Position numbers and translations under genes: made by a program
In this document: in pieces, positions 44,802-54,400 of the stretch
Layout: every line of letters begins with the position of its first letter
How positions within the stretch are numbered: position 1 is the stretch's first letter
The notes under the pieces: generated by a model
What the model was told of the DNA's origin: nothing
Database searches by the model: none
What the model saw: only the letters and a program-made list of their open reading frames with translations
DNA from: Vicinamibacteria bacterium
GTDB taxonomy: Bacteria > Acidobacteriota > Vicinamibacteria > Marinacidobacterales > Marinacidobacteraceae
Direction of reading: 5' to 3'
NCBI GenBank assembly: GCA_963555995.3
Contig: OY821641.1
Coordinates: 3,552,001 to 3,616,000, forward strand
Length of the DNA: 64,000 bases

Positions 44802-44827
44802 GTGCCGGTCTGAAGACCGGCGCTCCC
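44802..44827 (-). repeat. REP-like palindrome
   Basis: Reverse copy of GGGAGCGCCGGTCTTCAGACCGGCAC. Confidence 0.85.
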
Positions 44828-44874
44828 GGCCGCCTCCGCCTCCCCCCGGCTGGAGTGTGATGGAATGAGCGGCC

Positions 44875-45666
44875 GTGGAGCGGGTGCGAAGGGTCTGTTG
44901 GTGGGCCGTCCTTCTCGGATTGGCGGTCCCGGCGTCTGCCGGGGCGCAGGGGTTCAGCCGGACCGAGTTCCAGTACCAGGGCGGGTCGGCGTGGGTCGCG
45001 GGCGACCTCAGTCCGCCGAGGTTCCAGCACGTCTTCACCCTCCAGCACGCGAGCGCGTGGAGCCGCGGGTCGAACTTCTTCTTCGTGGACATGGTGTGCT
45101 GCGACGAGCCGGTGTCGAACCGGAACATCTACCTGGAGTGGTTCCCGACCCTCAGCCTCGGGGCGCTCCGCGGCGGGGACCTCGCCTTCGGCCCGGTCCG
45201 GGACATCCAACTGATCGGCGGGTTGAACTGGGGCGCGCAGGCCCGGATGGTGAAGCTCACCCCGGGAATCCGGTTCGCGCTCGACCTGCCGGGATTCGCG
45301 TTCGCCAACCTGGACTGGACCTGGCTCGTGGACCGCGGCGCGGGTCTCGCGGGGGGCGGGGCGCCCAAGGCCGATCCCATGCTCGGCGTGGATTTCAACT
45401 GGAGGTATCCGTTCCGGATCGGGGAGGGCGTCTTCTCCGTCGAGGGGCACGGCGAGTGGCAGAGCGCCGCCGACAACGAGACCGGGGCGCGCCAGCCGTA
45501 CCAGGTGCTCCTCCAGCCGCAGATCCGCTACGACCTCGGCAGGGCGATGTCCGGGGCCGAGAACCGCCTGCTGGTCGGGACGGAGCTGCAGGTGTGGCGC
45601 AACAAGTTCGGGGTCGAAGGGGCGCACGAATTCCTCCCCCAGCTCCTGGTCGTCTTCGGCTTCTGA
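44875..45666 (+). CDS. Outer-membrane channel, Tsx/OmpK-like nucleoside-binding family
   Basis: Signal peptide, TLQHAS.W..GSNFFFVD, LLQPQIRYDLG, VGTELQVWRNKFG and terminal F. Confidence 0.75.
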   Translation: MERVRRVCWWAVLLGLAVPASAGAQGFSRTEFQYQGGSAWVAGDLSPPRFQHVFTLQHASAWSRGSNFFFVDMVCCDEPVSNRNIYLEWFPTLSLGALRGGDLAFGPVRDIQLIGGLNWGAQARMVKLTPGIRFALDLPGFAFANLDWTWLVDRGAGLAGGGAPKADPMLGVDFNWRYPFRIGEGVFSVEGHGEWQSAADNETGARQPYQVLLQPQIRYDLGRAMSGAENRLLVGTELQVWRNKFGVEGAHEFLPQLLVVFGF

Positions 45667-45674
45667 GGGGGGCC

Positions 45675-46451
45675 TTGCGGCCGTTCGCGGTCCCGCTGCT
45701 GCTGGCGTTCGCGGCCTGCGGCGAGCCCGCCGGGCCGCCCGGGACCGTACGGATTCCGCCCGGTGACGAACTCGCCGGCTTCTTTCTCGAAGCCGGGGAG
45801 GTCACCACCGCCCGGTTCGCCGCCTTCGTGGCGGAGAGCGGGTACGAGACCGACGCGGAACGCTACGGCTGGTCGCTCGTCTTCCACGCGCCCGGGACCG
45901 AGCCCGAGAATGCGCGGGTGGTGGCCGCCACCCCCTGGTGGGTCCGGGTGGAGGGGGCCGACTGGCGGCGGCCCCGCGGGCCGGACCACCCGGCCGCCGA
46001 GGACGACCACCCGGCGACCCAGGTGAGCTGGAACGACGCGGCGGCGTTCTGCGCCGCCGCGGGCGGCCGCCTGCCCACCGGGGCCGAGTGGGCGCACGCG
46101 GCGCGGGGCGGACGAGATGAGAGTCCCTTCCCCTGGGGCGACCGGTCGCCGTTCGCCGGCGAGCCGCCCGCCAACCTCTTCGACGGCCTCTTTCCCAACC
46201 ATCCCGGTCCCGGGGACCGCTTTCCCGGCCTCGCCCCGGTGGGCGTCTTCCCGCCGAATCCCTACGGGCTCTTCGACATGGCGGGGAACGTCTGGGAGTG
46301 GGTGGACGGCGGCGCCCCGGACGACCGGCGCCTCCGGGGCGGGTCCTTCCTCTGCGCCGAGAACTCCTGCCAGGGCTACCGGATCGCCTGGGAGAACCGG
46401 GCCACCGCCGACTCCGCCTGGGACCACACCGGCTTCCGCTGCGCGTTTTAG
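45675..46451 (+). CDS. Formylglycine-generating enzyme (SUMF1) family protein
   Basis: VSWNDAAAFC, RLPTGAEW, PNPYGLFDMAGNVWEW, RGGSFLCAENSC (both Cys present) and HTGFRC. Confidence 0.88.
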   Translation: MRPFAVPLLLAFAACGEPAGPPGTVRIPPGDELAGFFLEAGEVTTARFAAFVAESGYETDAERYGWSLVFHAPGTEPENARVVAATPWWVRVEGADWRRPRGPDHPAAEDDHPATQVSWNDAAAFCAAAGGRLPTGAEWAHAARGGRDESPFPWGDRSPFAGEPPANLFDGLFPNHPGPGDRFPGLAPVGVFPPNPYGLFDMAGNVWEWVDGGAPDDRRLRGGSFLCAENSCQGYRIAWENRATADSAWDHTGFRCAF

Positions 46452-46491
46452 CCGCAGCGTCGCGCCGTCTCCGGCGGTACACTGCGGCGTC

Positions 46492-47298
46492 GTGCCGACC
46501 GTCGCTGGAGCCCTTCCCGAGCAGCAGGGGTTCGGCGCCACCCGTCGGCGGGACAACTGGTGGGTCGTCCCGGCGGCCACCTTCGCGGTGCTCTCCGGGT
46601 TCATCGTCTATTCGACCTGGGCGGCCTTCCAGAACGCGCACTACGAGTTCGGGAACTACCTCTCGCCGATGTACTCGCCGGTGCTCTTCGGCGATTCCCA
46701 GCACGCCTGGTTCGGCGGCAAGCCGAGCATCTGGCCCGACTTCCTGCCCTGGTCGCCGGCCCTCCTGATCCTCTGGGCGCCCGCCGGCTTCCGGCTCACC
46801 TGCTACTACTACCGCGGGTCCTACTACAAGGCGTTCTGGGCCAGCCCCATGAACTGCACGGTGGGGAAGCCCTGGAAGACCTACCGCGGCGAGAACAGCC
46901 TGCCGCTGATCCTGCAGAACGTGCACCGCTACTTCCTTTACCTCGCGGTGGCGTTCATCGGCATCCTCTCCTGGGACGCCTGGATGGCGATGTGGTTCGT
47001 GGACCCGGTCACCGGCGCGGAACAGTTCGGTATCGGGGTCGGCACCCTGGTCCTCACGACCAACGTGGTCCTGCTGGGCGGCTACACCTTCGGCTGCCAC
47101 TCCTTCCGCCACCTCGCCGGGGGGATCCTCGACAAGATCTCGGGCAAACCGGCGCGCCAGTGCGCCTACCAGTGTTCGAGCTGGCTGAACGTGCGCCACA
47201 TGAAGTTCGCCTGGAGCAGCCTCTTCTGGGTGGCGTTCTCGGACGTCTACGTCCGGCTCTGCTCGATGGGCGTCTGGACCGACTACCGGATTCTGTAG
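46492..47298 (+). CDS. Succinate dehydrogenase single membrane anchor subunit (mycobacterial Sdh1C/Rv0249c-like)
   Basis: YLSPMYSP, FRLTCYYYRGSYY, QNVHRY, GCHSFRH and RHMKFAW. Directly upstream of sdhA. Confidence 0.85.
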   Translation: MPTVAGALPEQQGFGATRRRDNWWVVPAATFAVLSGFIVYSTWAAFQNAHYEFGNYLSPMYSPVLFGDSQHAWFGGKPSIWPDFLPWSPALLILWAPAGFRLTCYYYRGSYYKAFWASPMNCTVGKPWKTYRGENSLPLILQNVHRYFLYLAVAFIGILSWDAWMAMWFVDPVTGAEQFGIGVGTLVLTTNVVLLGGYTFGCHSFRHLAGGILDKISGKPARQCAYQCSSWLNVRHMKFAWSSLFWVAFSDVYVRLCSMGVWTDYRIL

Positions 47299-49122
47299 AT
47301 GCAGGTCGCGGAGCACGACGTTCTGGTCATCGGCGCCGGGGGCGCCGGGCTCCGGGCCGCCATCGAGGCGTCGGCCGCCGGAGCGACGGTCGGCCTCGTC
47401 ACCAAGTCGCTGCTCGGCAAGGCGCACACGGTGATGGCGGAGGGCGGGATCGCCGCCGCCCTCGCCAACGTGGACGGCCGGGACGACTGGAAGACCCACT
47501 TCGCCGACACCATGCGCGGCGGGCAGTACGGGAACAACCCCACGATGGCCGAACTCCACGCGAAGGAGGCCCCCGCCCGGGTCCGGGAGCTGGAGGCGTG
47601 GGGCGCGGTCTTCGACCGCACGAACGACCAGAAGATCCTCCAGCGCAACTTCGGCGGCCACAAGTACCCCCGGCTCGCCCACGTCGGGGACCGGACCGGG
47701 CTCGAGATGATCCGCACCCTCCAGGACCACGGCATCCACCTCGGGATGGCTGTCCACATGGAGTGGACGGTCACCCGCCTGCTCACCGACGGCGGCCGGG
47801 TGGTCGGGGCCTTCGGCTACGACCGGGAGAAGGGGCGCTTCCAGGTGTTCCGGGCGTCGGCGGTGGTGCTCGCCACCGGCGGGATCGGCCGGGCCTACCG
47901 GATCACCTCGAACAGTTGGGAGTACACCGGCGACGGCCACGCGCTCGCCTACGAGGCGGGGGCCGAGCTCATCGATATGGAGTACGTCCAGTTCCATCCC
48001 ACCGGGATGGTCTGGCCGCCGAGCGTCCGCGGCATCCTGGTGACCGAGGGCGTGCGGGGCGAGGGCGGCGTCCTCCGCAACAGCGAGGGCCAGCGGTTCA
48101 TGTTCGACGACATCCCCGACCTCTACCGGGGATCCACGGCGAGCGACCCGGAGGAGGGCTGGCGCTACACCCAGGGCGACAAGGAGGCCCGCCGGCCGCC
48201 CGAACTCCTGACCCGCGACCACGTCGCCCGCTGCATCGTGCGGGAGATCAAGGAGGGCCGGGGCAGCCCGCACGGCGGGGTGTTCCTCGACATCGCCTGG
48301 ATCAAAGAGAAGCTGAAGGACAGCGAGGCGCACATCCGGCGCAAGCTCCCCAGCATGTACCACCAGTTCAAGGAGCTGGCGGGGATTGACATCACCGGCG
48401 AGGCGATGGAGGTCGGCCCCACCACCCACTACGTGATGGGCGGGGTCAAGGTGGACGGGGAGACCCAGATGTCCCGGGTGCCGGGCCTCTTCGCCGCCGG
48501 CGAGTGCGCCGGGGGCCTCCACGGAGCGAACCGCCTCGGCGGGAACTCGCTCTCGGACCTGCTGGTCTTCGGGAAGCGCGCCGGGGAGCACGCCGCGGAG
48601 TTCGCGGGCGCGAACCCGCGCGGCGGGGCGTCGGGCGCCGAGGCCGAGCAGGTCGAGGCCGCGACCCGGGACGCGCTCGCGCCGCTCGAGCGGCAGGACG
48701 GCGGCGGCGACGGCGTCGGTTCCTACGCCATCCAGAGCGAGCTGCAGGACCTCATGCAGGCGAAGGTCGGCATCGTCCGCAGCCAGGCCGAACTGGAGTC
48801 CGGGCTGGAGGGCGTGCTCGCCCTCAAGGAGCGCGCCGAGAACGTCAGCGTCGGCGGCAACCGCGCCTACAACCCCGGCTGGCACACCGCGCTCGACCTG
48901 CCGAACCTGCTGCTGGTCTCCGAGGCGGTGGCGCGGACCGCCGCGCTCCGCAAGGAGAGCCGGGGCGCGCACTTCCGCGAGGACCACACCGCCAAGGACG
49001 AGCACTGGGGCCGGACCACGCTGGTGGTGCGCAAGGGCGCGGACGGCGGGATGGAGATCGAGGAAGAGGCCGTCACGCCGCCGCGCGACGAGTTGCAGCA
49101 GATCATCGAGGAGAACCGCTGA
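47299..49122 (+). CDS. sdhA: Succinate dehydrogenase/fumarate reductase flavoprotein subunit
   Basis: GAGGAG, AHTVMAEGG, QFHPTG, TEGVRGEGG, HYVMGG, HGANRLGGNSL and ESRGAH. Confidence 0.96.
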   Translation: MQVAEHDVLVIGAGGAGLRAAIEASAAGATVGLVTKSLLGKAHTVMAEGGIAAALANVDGRDDWKTHFADTMRGGQYGNNPTMAELHAKEAPARVRELEAWGAVFDRTNDQKILQRNFGGHKYPRLAHVGDRTGLEMIRTLQDHGIHLGMAVHMEWTVTRLLTDGGRVVGAFGYDREKGRFQVFRASAVVLATGGIGRAYRITSNSWEYTGDGHALAYEAGAELIDMEYVQFHPTGMVWPPSVRGILVTEGVRGEGGVLRNSEGQRFMFDDIPDLYRGSTASDPEEGWRYTQGDKEARRPPELLTRDHVARCIVREIKEGRGSPHGGVFLDIAWIKEKLKDSEAHIRRKLPSMYHQFKELAGIDITGEAMEVGPTTHYVMGGVKVDGETQMSRVPGLFAAGECAGGLHGANRLGGNSLSDLLVFGKRAGEHAAEFAGANPRGGASGAEAEQVEAATRDALAPLERQDGGGDGVGSYAIQSELQDLMQAKVGIVRSQAELESGLEGVLALKERAENVSVGGNRAYNPGWHTALDLPNLLLVSEAVARTAALRKESRGAHFREDHTAKDEHWGRTTLVVRKGADGGMEIEEEAVTPPRDELQQIIEENR

Positions 49123-49868
49123 TGGCCAGCAGGACCTTCCGCATCTGGCGGGGCGACCAGGGCGGCGACGGCGCGTTCGCCGAGTACGTCACCGACATCA
49201 CCGAGGGCATGGTGGTGCTCGACGCCGTCCACCAGATCCAGGCGGAGTCGGCGGGCGACCTCGCCGTCCGCTGGAACTGCAAGGCGGGGAAGTGCGGCTC
49301 GTGCAGCGCCGAGGTGAACGGCAACCCGCGGCTCATGTGCATGACCCGGATGAGCGACCTGCCGGAGGACCGGCCGGTCACCATCGAGCCGATGCGGGCG
49401 TTCCCGCTGCTCAAGGACCTCGTGACCGACGTGAGTTGGAACTTCGAGGTCAAGAAACGGATCAAGAAGTTCAAGCCCCGCGCGCCGGACGCCGCCGACG
49501 GCACCTGGCGGATGGACCAGCGCGACGTGGACCGGGTGCAGGAGTTCCGGAAGTGCATCGAGTGCTTCCTCTGCCAGGACGTCTGCCACGTCCTCCGGGA
49601 CTCCCACAAGCACGACGAGTTCATCGGCCCCCGGTTCTTCGTCCACGCCGCCGCTCTTGAGATGCACCCGCTGGACACCGAGGACCGGCTCGAGGAGCTG
49701 AAGGAGACCCAGGGCGTCGGCTACTGCAACATCACGAAGTGCTGCACCCGCGTCTGTCCCGAGCACATCACGATCACCGACAACGCGATCATCCCGCTCA
49801 AGGAGCGGGTGGTGGACCGCTTCTACGACCCGGTCCGCAACCTCTTCCGCATCGTCACCGGCCGCTGA
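49122..49868 (+). CDS. sdhB: Succinate dehydrogenase iron-sulfur subunit
   Basis: CKAGKCGSC, CIECFLCQDVC and CNITKCCTRVCP. TGATG coupling to sdhA. Confidence 0.96.
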   Translation: MASRTFRIWRGDQGGDGAFAEYVTDITEGMVVLDAVHQIQAESAGDLAVRWNCKAGKCGSCSAEVNGNPRLMCMTRMSDLPEDRPVTIEPMRAFPLLKDLVTDVSWNFEVKKRIKKFKPRAPDAADGTWRMDQRDVDRVQEFRKCIECFLCQDVCHVLRDSHKHDEFIGPRFFVHAAALEMHPLDTEDRLEELKETQGVGYCNITKCCTRVCPEHITITDNAIIPLKERVVDRFYDPVRNLFRIVTGR

Positions 49869-49952
49869 TCCGGACCCCGCCTCGTTGGCCGCGGGGTCCA
49901 TGTCGCCGGGCCGGTTTCGGCATTCGCAGGTACCGGCGACGCCGATTTCGGG

Positions 49953-50218
49953 TTAGGGGAGAACCGGTAGATGTCCCGCCGGTGGAGGAATCGGACGAAA
50001 CGAACCGTGGCCCCTTCCGTCTCCAGGCCAACGCGGTAGTCGCCGATCCGAATCCGATAGCGATTCCCGGAGCCTTGCAGACGACGGAGCGCAGCGACCT
50101 CCTCAAGGTCGGTTGCCGCCTCTACTTCACGGATTTTCTTCGCAAGCCTCGTCAGCAGTCGCCGGTTCCGGATTCGGCTGAGATCGCGCTGGAAGGCGGC
50201 GCGAAACGCCGTCTGGAC
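49953..50218 (-). pseudogene. relE: Decayed RelE/StbE-family toxin
   Basis: Manual translation: VQTAFRAAFQRDLSRIRN...LQGSGNRYRIRIGDYRVGLE...FVRFLHRRDIYRF. First codon is GTC with no in-frame start upstream, and the natural TAA is out of frame. Confidence 0.75.
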
Positions 50219-50388
50219 AGCCTGTGGTGAAACCCCCGTGAGCGCCGAGAGCGGCGAGGCGCTCGGCTGACAAGGCGCGTGAGGGAGGAATACCGAGCGT
50301 ATTCCGACCGAAACGCAACGCCGAGCGCCGCAACGCGGCGCGGTTCAGCCGGGATGCATCGCCGCTCGAACGCCGCGAGGGTTTTGCC

Positions 50389-50607
50389 TCAGGCTGTCGG
50401 CTTCGGATCCTCGAGGATCTCCATGATCGTGTCGCGGGGGACATCGCCGGACTGCTGGCCCTGTCGAATGGCTTCGCCGAGCGCCATGTCCTCGATGACC
50501 TGAACCACCACTTCCGCGAGCAGTTCCCGCTGCTCCGAGAGGGTCTCGGCGAGCGCCTCCTTGCACACCTGTTTCAGTGCGGCGTCGGTGAGTGCTACGG
50601 GCGGCAT
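50389..50607 (-). CDS. Small acidic protein, probable antitoxin partner of the RelE remnant
   Basis: LKQVCKEALAETL...IEDMALGEAIRQG...VPRDTIMEIL. Lies upstream of the relE remnant. Confidence 0.65.
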   Translation of the reverse strand: MPPVALTDAALKQVCKEALAETLSEQRELLAEVVVQVIEDMALGEAIRQGQQSGDVPRDTIMEILEDPKPTA

Positions 50608-50796
50608 CGTGGTGTTCTCCGTCCCCGCGGAGGGTTGTCGCCAGTGTACTGCGCGCGGCGTCGCGCGAGCCGGCGGCCTGGAGACCGGGCCATCCGCGGT
50701 GGCCTCGGCGGCCGTGGGTTGAGATTGTGCGGCCCCGTCCGGCAAGATGCAGAATCCGCTTCGGGTCCGGCGGATTGGGAGGAGAGGAGAAACCCC

Positions 50797-51168
50797 ATGA
50801 ACACTGCGGGAATCATCAAGGGCGGCCTGGTGGCCGGTCTGCTCATCAACGTCAGCGAGTTCGTGCTGAACGTCTTCGTCGTCCCCGTGCCCGAAGACGC
50901 GGGCGGCTCGATGGCCTTCTGGGTGGTGTACGCCTTCGTGCTCGGCATCGCGGTCGCGTACATGTACGCGGCGATGCGGCCCCGCTGCGGCGCGGGCCCA
51001 AAGAGCGCCGCCTGCGCCGGGATCACGGTCTGGGCGCTCCACACCCTGCTCCCGACGGCCGGCGCGGTCAACATGGGGATGATGGAACTCCCGATGGTCG
51101 GCCTCGTCTGGTCCCTCGCCGAGATGGCCCTCGCCGGCATCCTCGCCGGAATGCTCTACAGCGAATAG
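50797..51168 (+). CDS. Small integral membrane protein
   Basis: Four hydrophobic segments and a strong GGAG-rich RBS. Confidence 0.7.
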   Translation: MNTAGIIKGGLVAGLLINVSEFVLNVFVVPVPEDAGGSMAFWVVYAFVLGIAVAYMYAAMRPRCGAGPKSAACAGITVWALHTLLPTAGAVNMGMMELPMVGLVWSLAEMALAGILAGMLYSE

Positions 51169-51174
51169 GGAGCC

Positions 51175-51337
51175 GGGAGCGCCGGTCTTCAGACCGGCAC
51201 GCGCTGCGCAAGCGCGCAGCGCACGGCACGACGCTGGCCGGCGCGGTGGCGCTCTGCTCCCGGTTCATCGCCAAAGGCAGCGACACGGCATCCGCGGGCC
51301 TTCGGCCCGCTGTGCCGCTCTGAAGAGCGGCGCTCCC
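51175..51337. repeat. 163-bp REPIN-like inverted REP doublet (opposite orientation to 39525 and 43757)
   Basis: Its reverse complement matches 43757-43914, including the CGGGCCGAAGGCCCG internal hairpin. Confidence 0.88.
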
Positions 51338-51491
51338 GGCCATCTTCGCTGTTTTCGTGCCCGGCGGGGTGTGCAGGAGGACCGATCATGAGGGTTTCGC
51401 GCTGCCGCGCGATGCCGGCCAGAGGCCGGCGCTCCGAGGCGGCGCCATCACGGCTGTTGGCCGATCCGCGGAACTGGCGGCAAAATGCCCG

Positions 51492-54400
51492 CTAACCCCC
51501 TCCCAGGACCTCGCGCGCCCGCCGGACCTGCTCCGCATCCCCCGCGCGGGTCGCGGCCTCGAGGAGCCCCCGGTAGGCGGTGAGGTTCGAGGGGTCGCGG
51601 TCCACCGCTTCCCGGTAGAGGCGCACCGCTTCGGGCGCATTCTCGGCCGCCGCTTCGAAGGCCGCGAAGTTGGCCCAGTGGAACGCGAGCCCCGGGCTCT
51701 CCCGGACGAGGGCGCCGAACGCTTCCCGGGCTGCCGCGGTGCGGCCGAGTTCCGCGAGCGCCACGGCGCGGACGCGGAGCGCCCGCACCGTGCCGGGCCG
51801 CTCGGACAGGATCGCCGCCGACCGCTCGGCGGCCTCTTCGAGCCTGCCGCGGCGGACGCTCAGCTCGGCGAGCCAGGCGGCGGCCTGCGCGTCCTGCGGG
51901 TCGGCCTGAAGGACCGCCAGCGCCAGCGCCTCGGCGGAGTCCGGGTCGCCGCGCTCGATCTGCACCTCGGCGGCGAGGAGCAGCGCGTCCCGGTCCGCGA
52001 CGAGCGCGGCGGGGCCGCGCTCCAGCACCGCCGCCGCCTCGTCGGGTTGCCGCGCGCCCAGCAGCAGCCGGGCGAGCGCGACGGTGAGCCCCGCCGCCGC
52101 TTCGCCGTCCGCGGGCACCGCGCCGAGCGCCATCCGGAGCGCCGCCGCACCGTCCTCGGCACGGCCGCTCGCCAGCGAGGCCCGGACGACGGCGTCCGCG
52201 GCGCCCGGTTCGTCGGGATCGAGCTCCAGTGCCTGCCGCGCCAGCTCCAGCGCCCAGTCCGGGTTCTGCGCCGCGAGCAGCGCGCCGGCGCGGCCCACGA
52301 GCGCGCCGGCGGCGGGCGGCGCCGCCGGTCCGAACGACCCGAAGCCCGGCTCGGCGGCAAGGCTCTCCAGCGCGCGGCGGTTCCGGAACGCGGTCGCCGC
52401 GTGGACCGAGAGAGGCGCCCGGAACTCGAGGATCGGATGGTCGTCCCGGTGGCGGGGCGCGGCGGCCGCCCAGTCGGCGAGCGACGGGGTCGTGGCGGTG
52501 AGCCAGCCGCGCAGCGCCGGGAAATCGGTGATCCCGTAGGGACCCAGCTCGTCGGCCAGCCGGACGATCCGCTCCTCGATCCGCGAATGCGGTACCGCGG
52601 GGAACGCGCCCTTCGACCCGATCAGCAGCGCGTCGCCGTCGTGCAGCACGAAGAGCGCGGTTTCGGGGAAGACGTCGGTGAACCCGCCCACCACCGTCCG
52701 CAGGTTCTCCTCGGCGAGGTTGTAGAGGTGGACCCACTGGCAGAAGAGGCCGCCGTCCGCGAGCCGGGAGCGCACCAGCTCGAAGAACTCGACGGTGAAC
52801 AGCGGCGAGACCCCGCTCATCCACGGGTTCGAGGGCTCGGAGATCACCACGTTCAGCGGGTCGTCCGAGAAGAGCAGGTGGTTCCGGGCGTCCACCTCCC
52901 GCAGGGTGAAGCGTCCGTCCGTCCACGGCGCGCCGTTACTCGCCTCGAAGAGTCGGGAGGCCCGCGCGACGGCGGGCGAGATCTCGGCGGCGGTCACCCG
53001 CTCCACGTCGTGCCGGAGCGCGGACCCGGCGGTCACCCCGCTACCGTGGCCCACGACGAACACCGACTCCGGCGCGGGATGGAGCAGCAGCGGCAGGTGC
53101 GCGAGCATCCGCTGGGTCAGCATGTCCGCCCCGTCGGTGGCGTCCACCTTGCCGTCAATCGCGAGCGACAGCTCGCCGGCCACCTCCTTCACGGAGACGG
53201 TCGCACCGGCGTCCTGCTCCAGGAAGCGCAGCCGCCCCCGCCGCAGGAAGTCCCGGTGGCGGGACGCCTCCAGTTGCGGCGCGGCCTTGTAGAGCCCCCC
53301 GGAGAGCGCCTCCCAGTCCCACGACCCGGTGGCGAAGACCCCGGCGGCGGCGAGCGCGCCCGCCGGCAGGAGCGCCGGCGCCCGCGGCGCGGCGACGAGC
53401 GCCGCCCCGAGCTGGGCGAGCACCGCGGCGAGGAGCGCCGCCTCGATCCCGAACCAGGGGATGACGAGGAAGCCCGCCGCCAGCGCGCCCGCGACGTTGC
53501 CGGCGGCGTTCGTCGCGTAGATCGTCCCGGTGGCGCGCCCGGCGTCCGCCGCCCCCTTCCGGGCCTCCGCCGCGCCCGCCACCGCCAGCGGGAAGGTCGC
53601 GCCGAAGGCGACCGCGGGCAGGAGCAGGACGGCCGCGGCGCCGAGGAACTGGAGGTCGAGCAGGCGCGGCGCGTCCGCCGCGTGGCGTGCCACGAGTTCG
53701 CCGACCGGGAGCGCGAGGCGGCTCCCCAGCCACGCCACCCCGGCGGAGGCGGCGGCGCCGCCGAGCTGGACGGCCGCGAGCCAGGCGCGCGCGCCCGCCC
53801 CTCGCGCCGCGAGCCGTCCGGCGGCGGCGCTGCCGAGGGCCACCCCCAGGATCACCGAGGCCACCACGCACGCGAAGGTGTAGATGGTGGGGCCGAAGAG
53901 CAACGCCGCGAGCCGCGCCCAGGCGACCTCGGCGCTCATCGCCGCGAACCCGGAGAGCGCCGCGATCCCGCCGAAAGGAAGCATCGCCCGGCCGCCGAAC
54001 CATGGCGTGCGTGCGGTCCTTGCGGGAGGCGCGGCCGGCGCGCGGCGGAAGGGGAGGAAGACCAGGGCGGCGGCTGCCAGGTTCGCCGCGATGCCGCAGA
54101 GCGACGACCCGGTCAGCCCCAGTTCGGGAAGCAGCAGCCGGGCCGCCGCGACGCTGCCGAGGAGCGCCCCGGCGGTGTTTGCGGCGTAGAGCCAGCCCGC
54201 CGCGCCCGCCTCCCCGCGGTCCCGGACGCGCCGGGCCAGCGCGGTCAGCGTCGGCAGGGTCGCGCCCATCAGGGTCGCCGCCGGGAGGAGGAAGAGCGCG
54301 GCGGCGGCTCCGGCGGGGAGCAGTGCGCCCTCGGGACCGGCGACGGCCCGGACGAACGGCAGGGCGCCGTCCAGGTAGAGGGGCAGGCCCGCCGCGAAAC

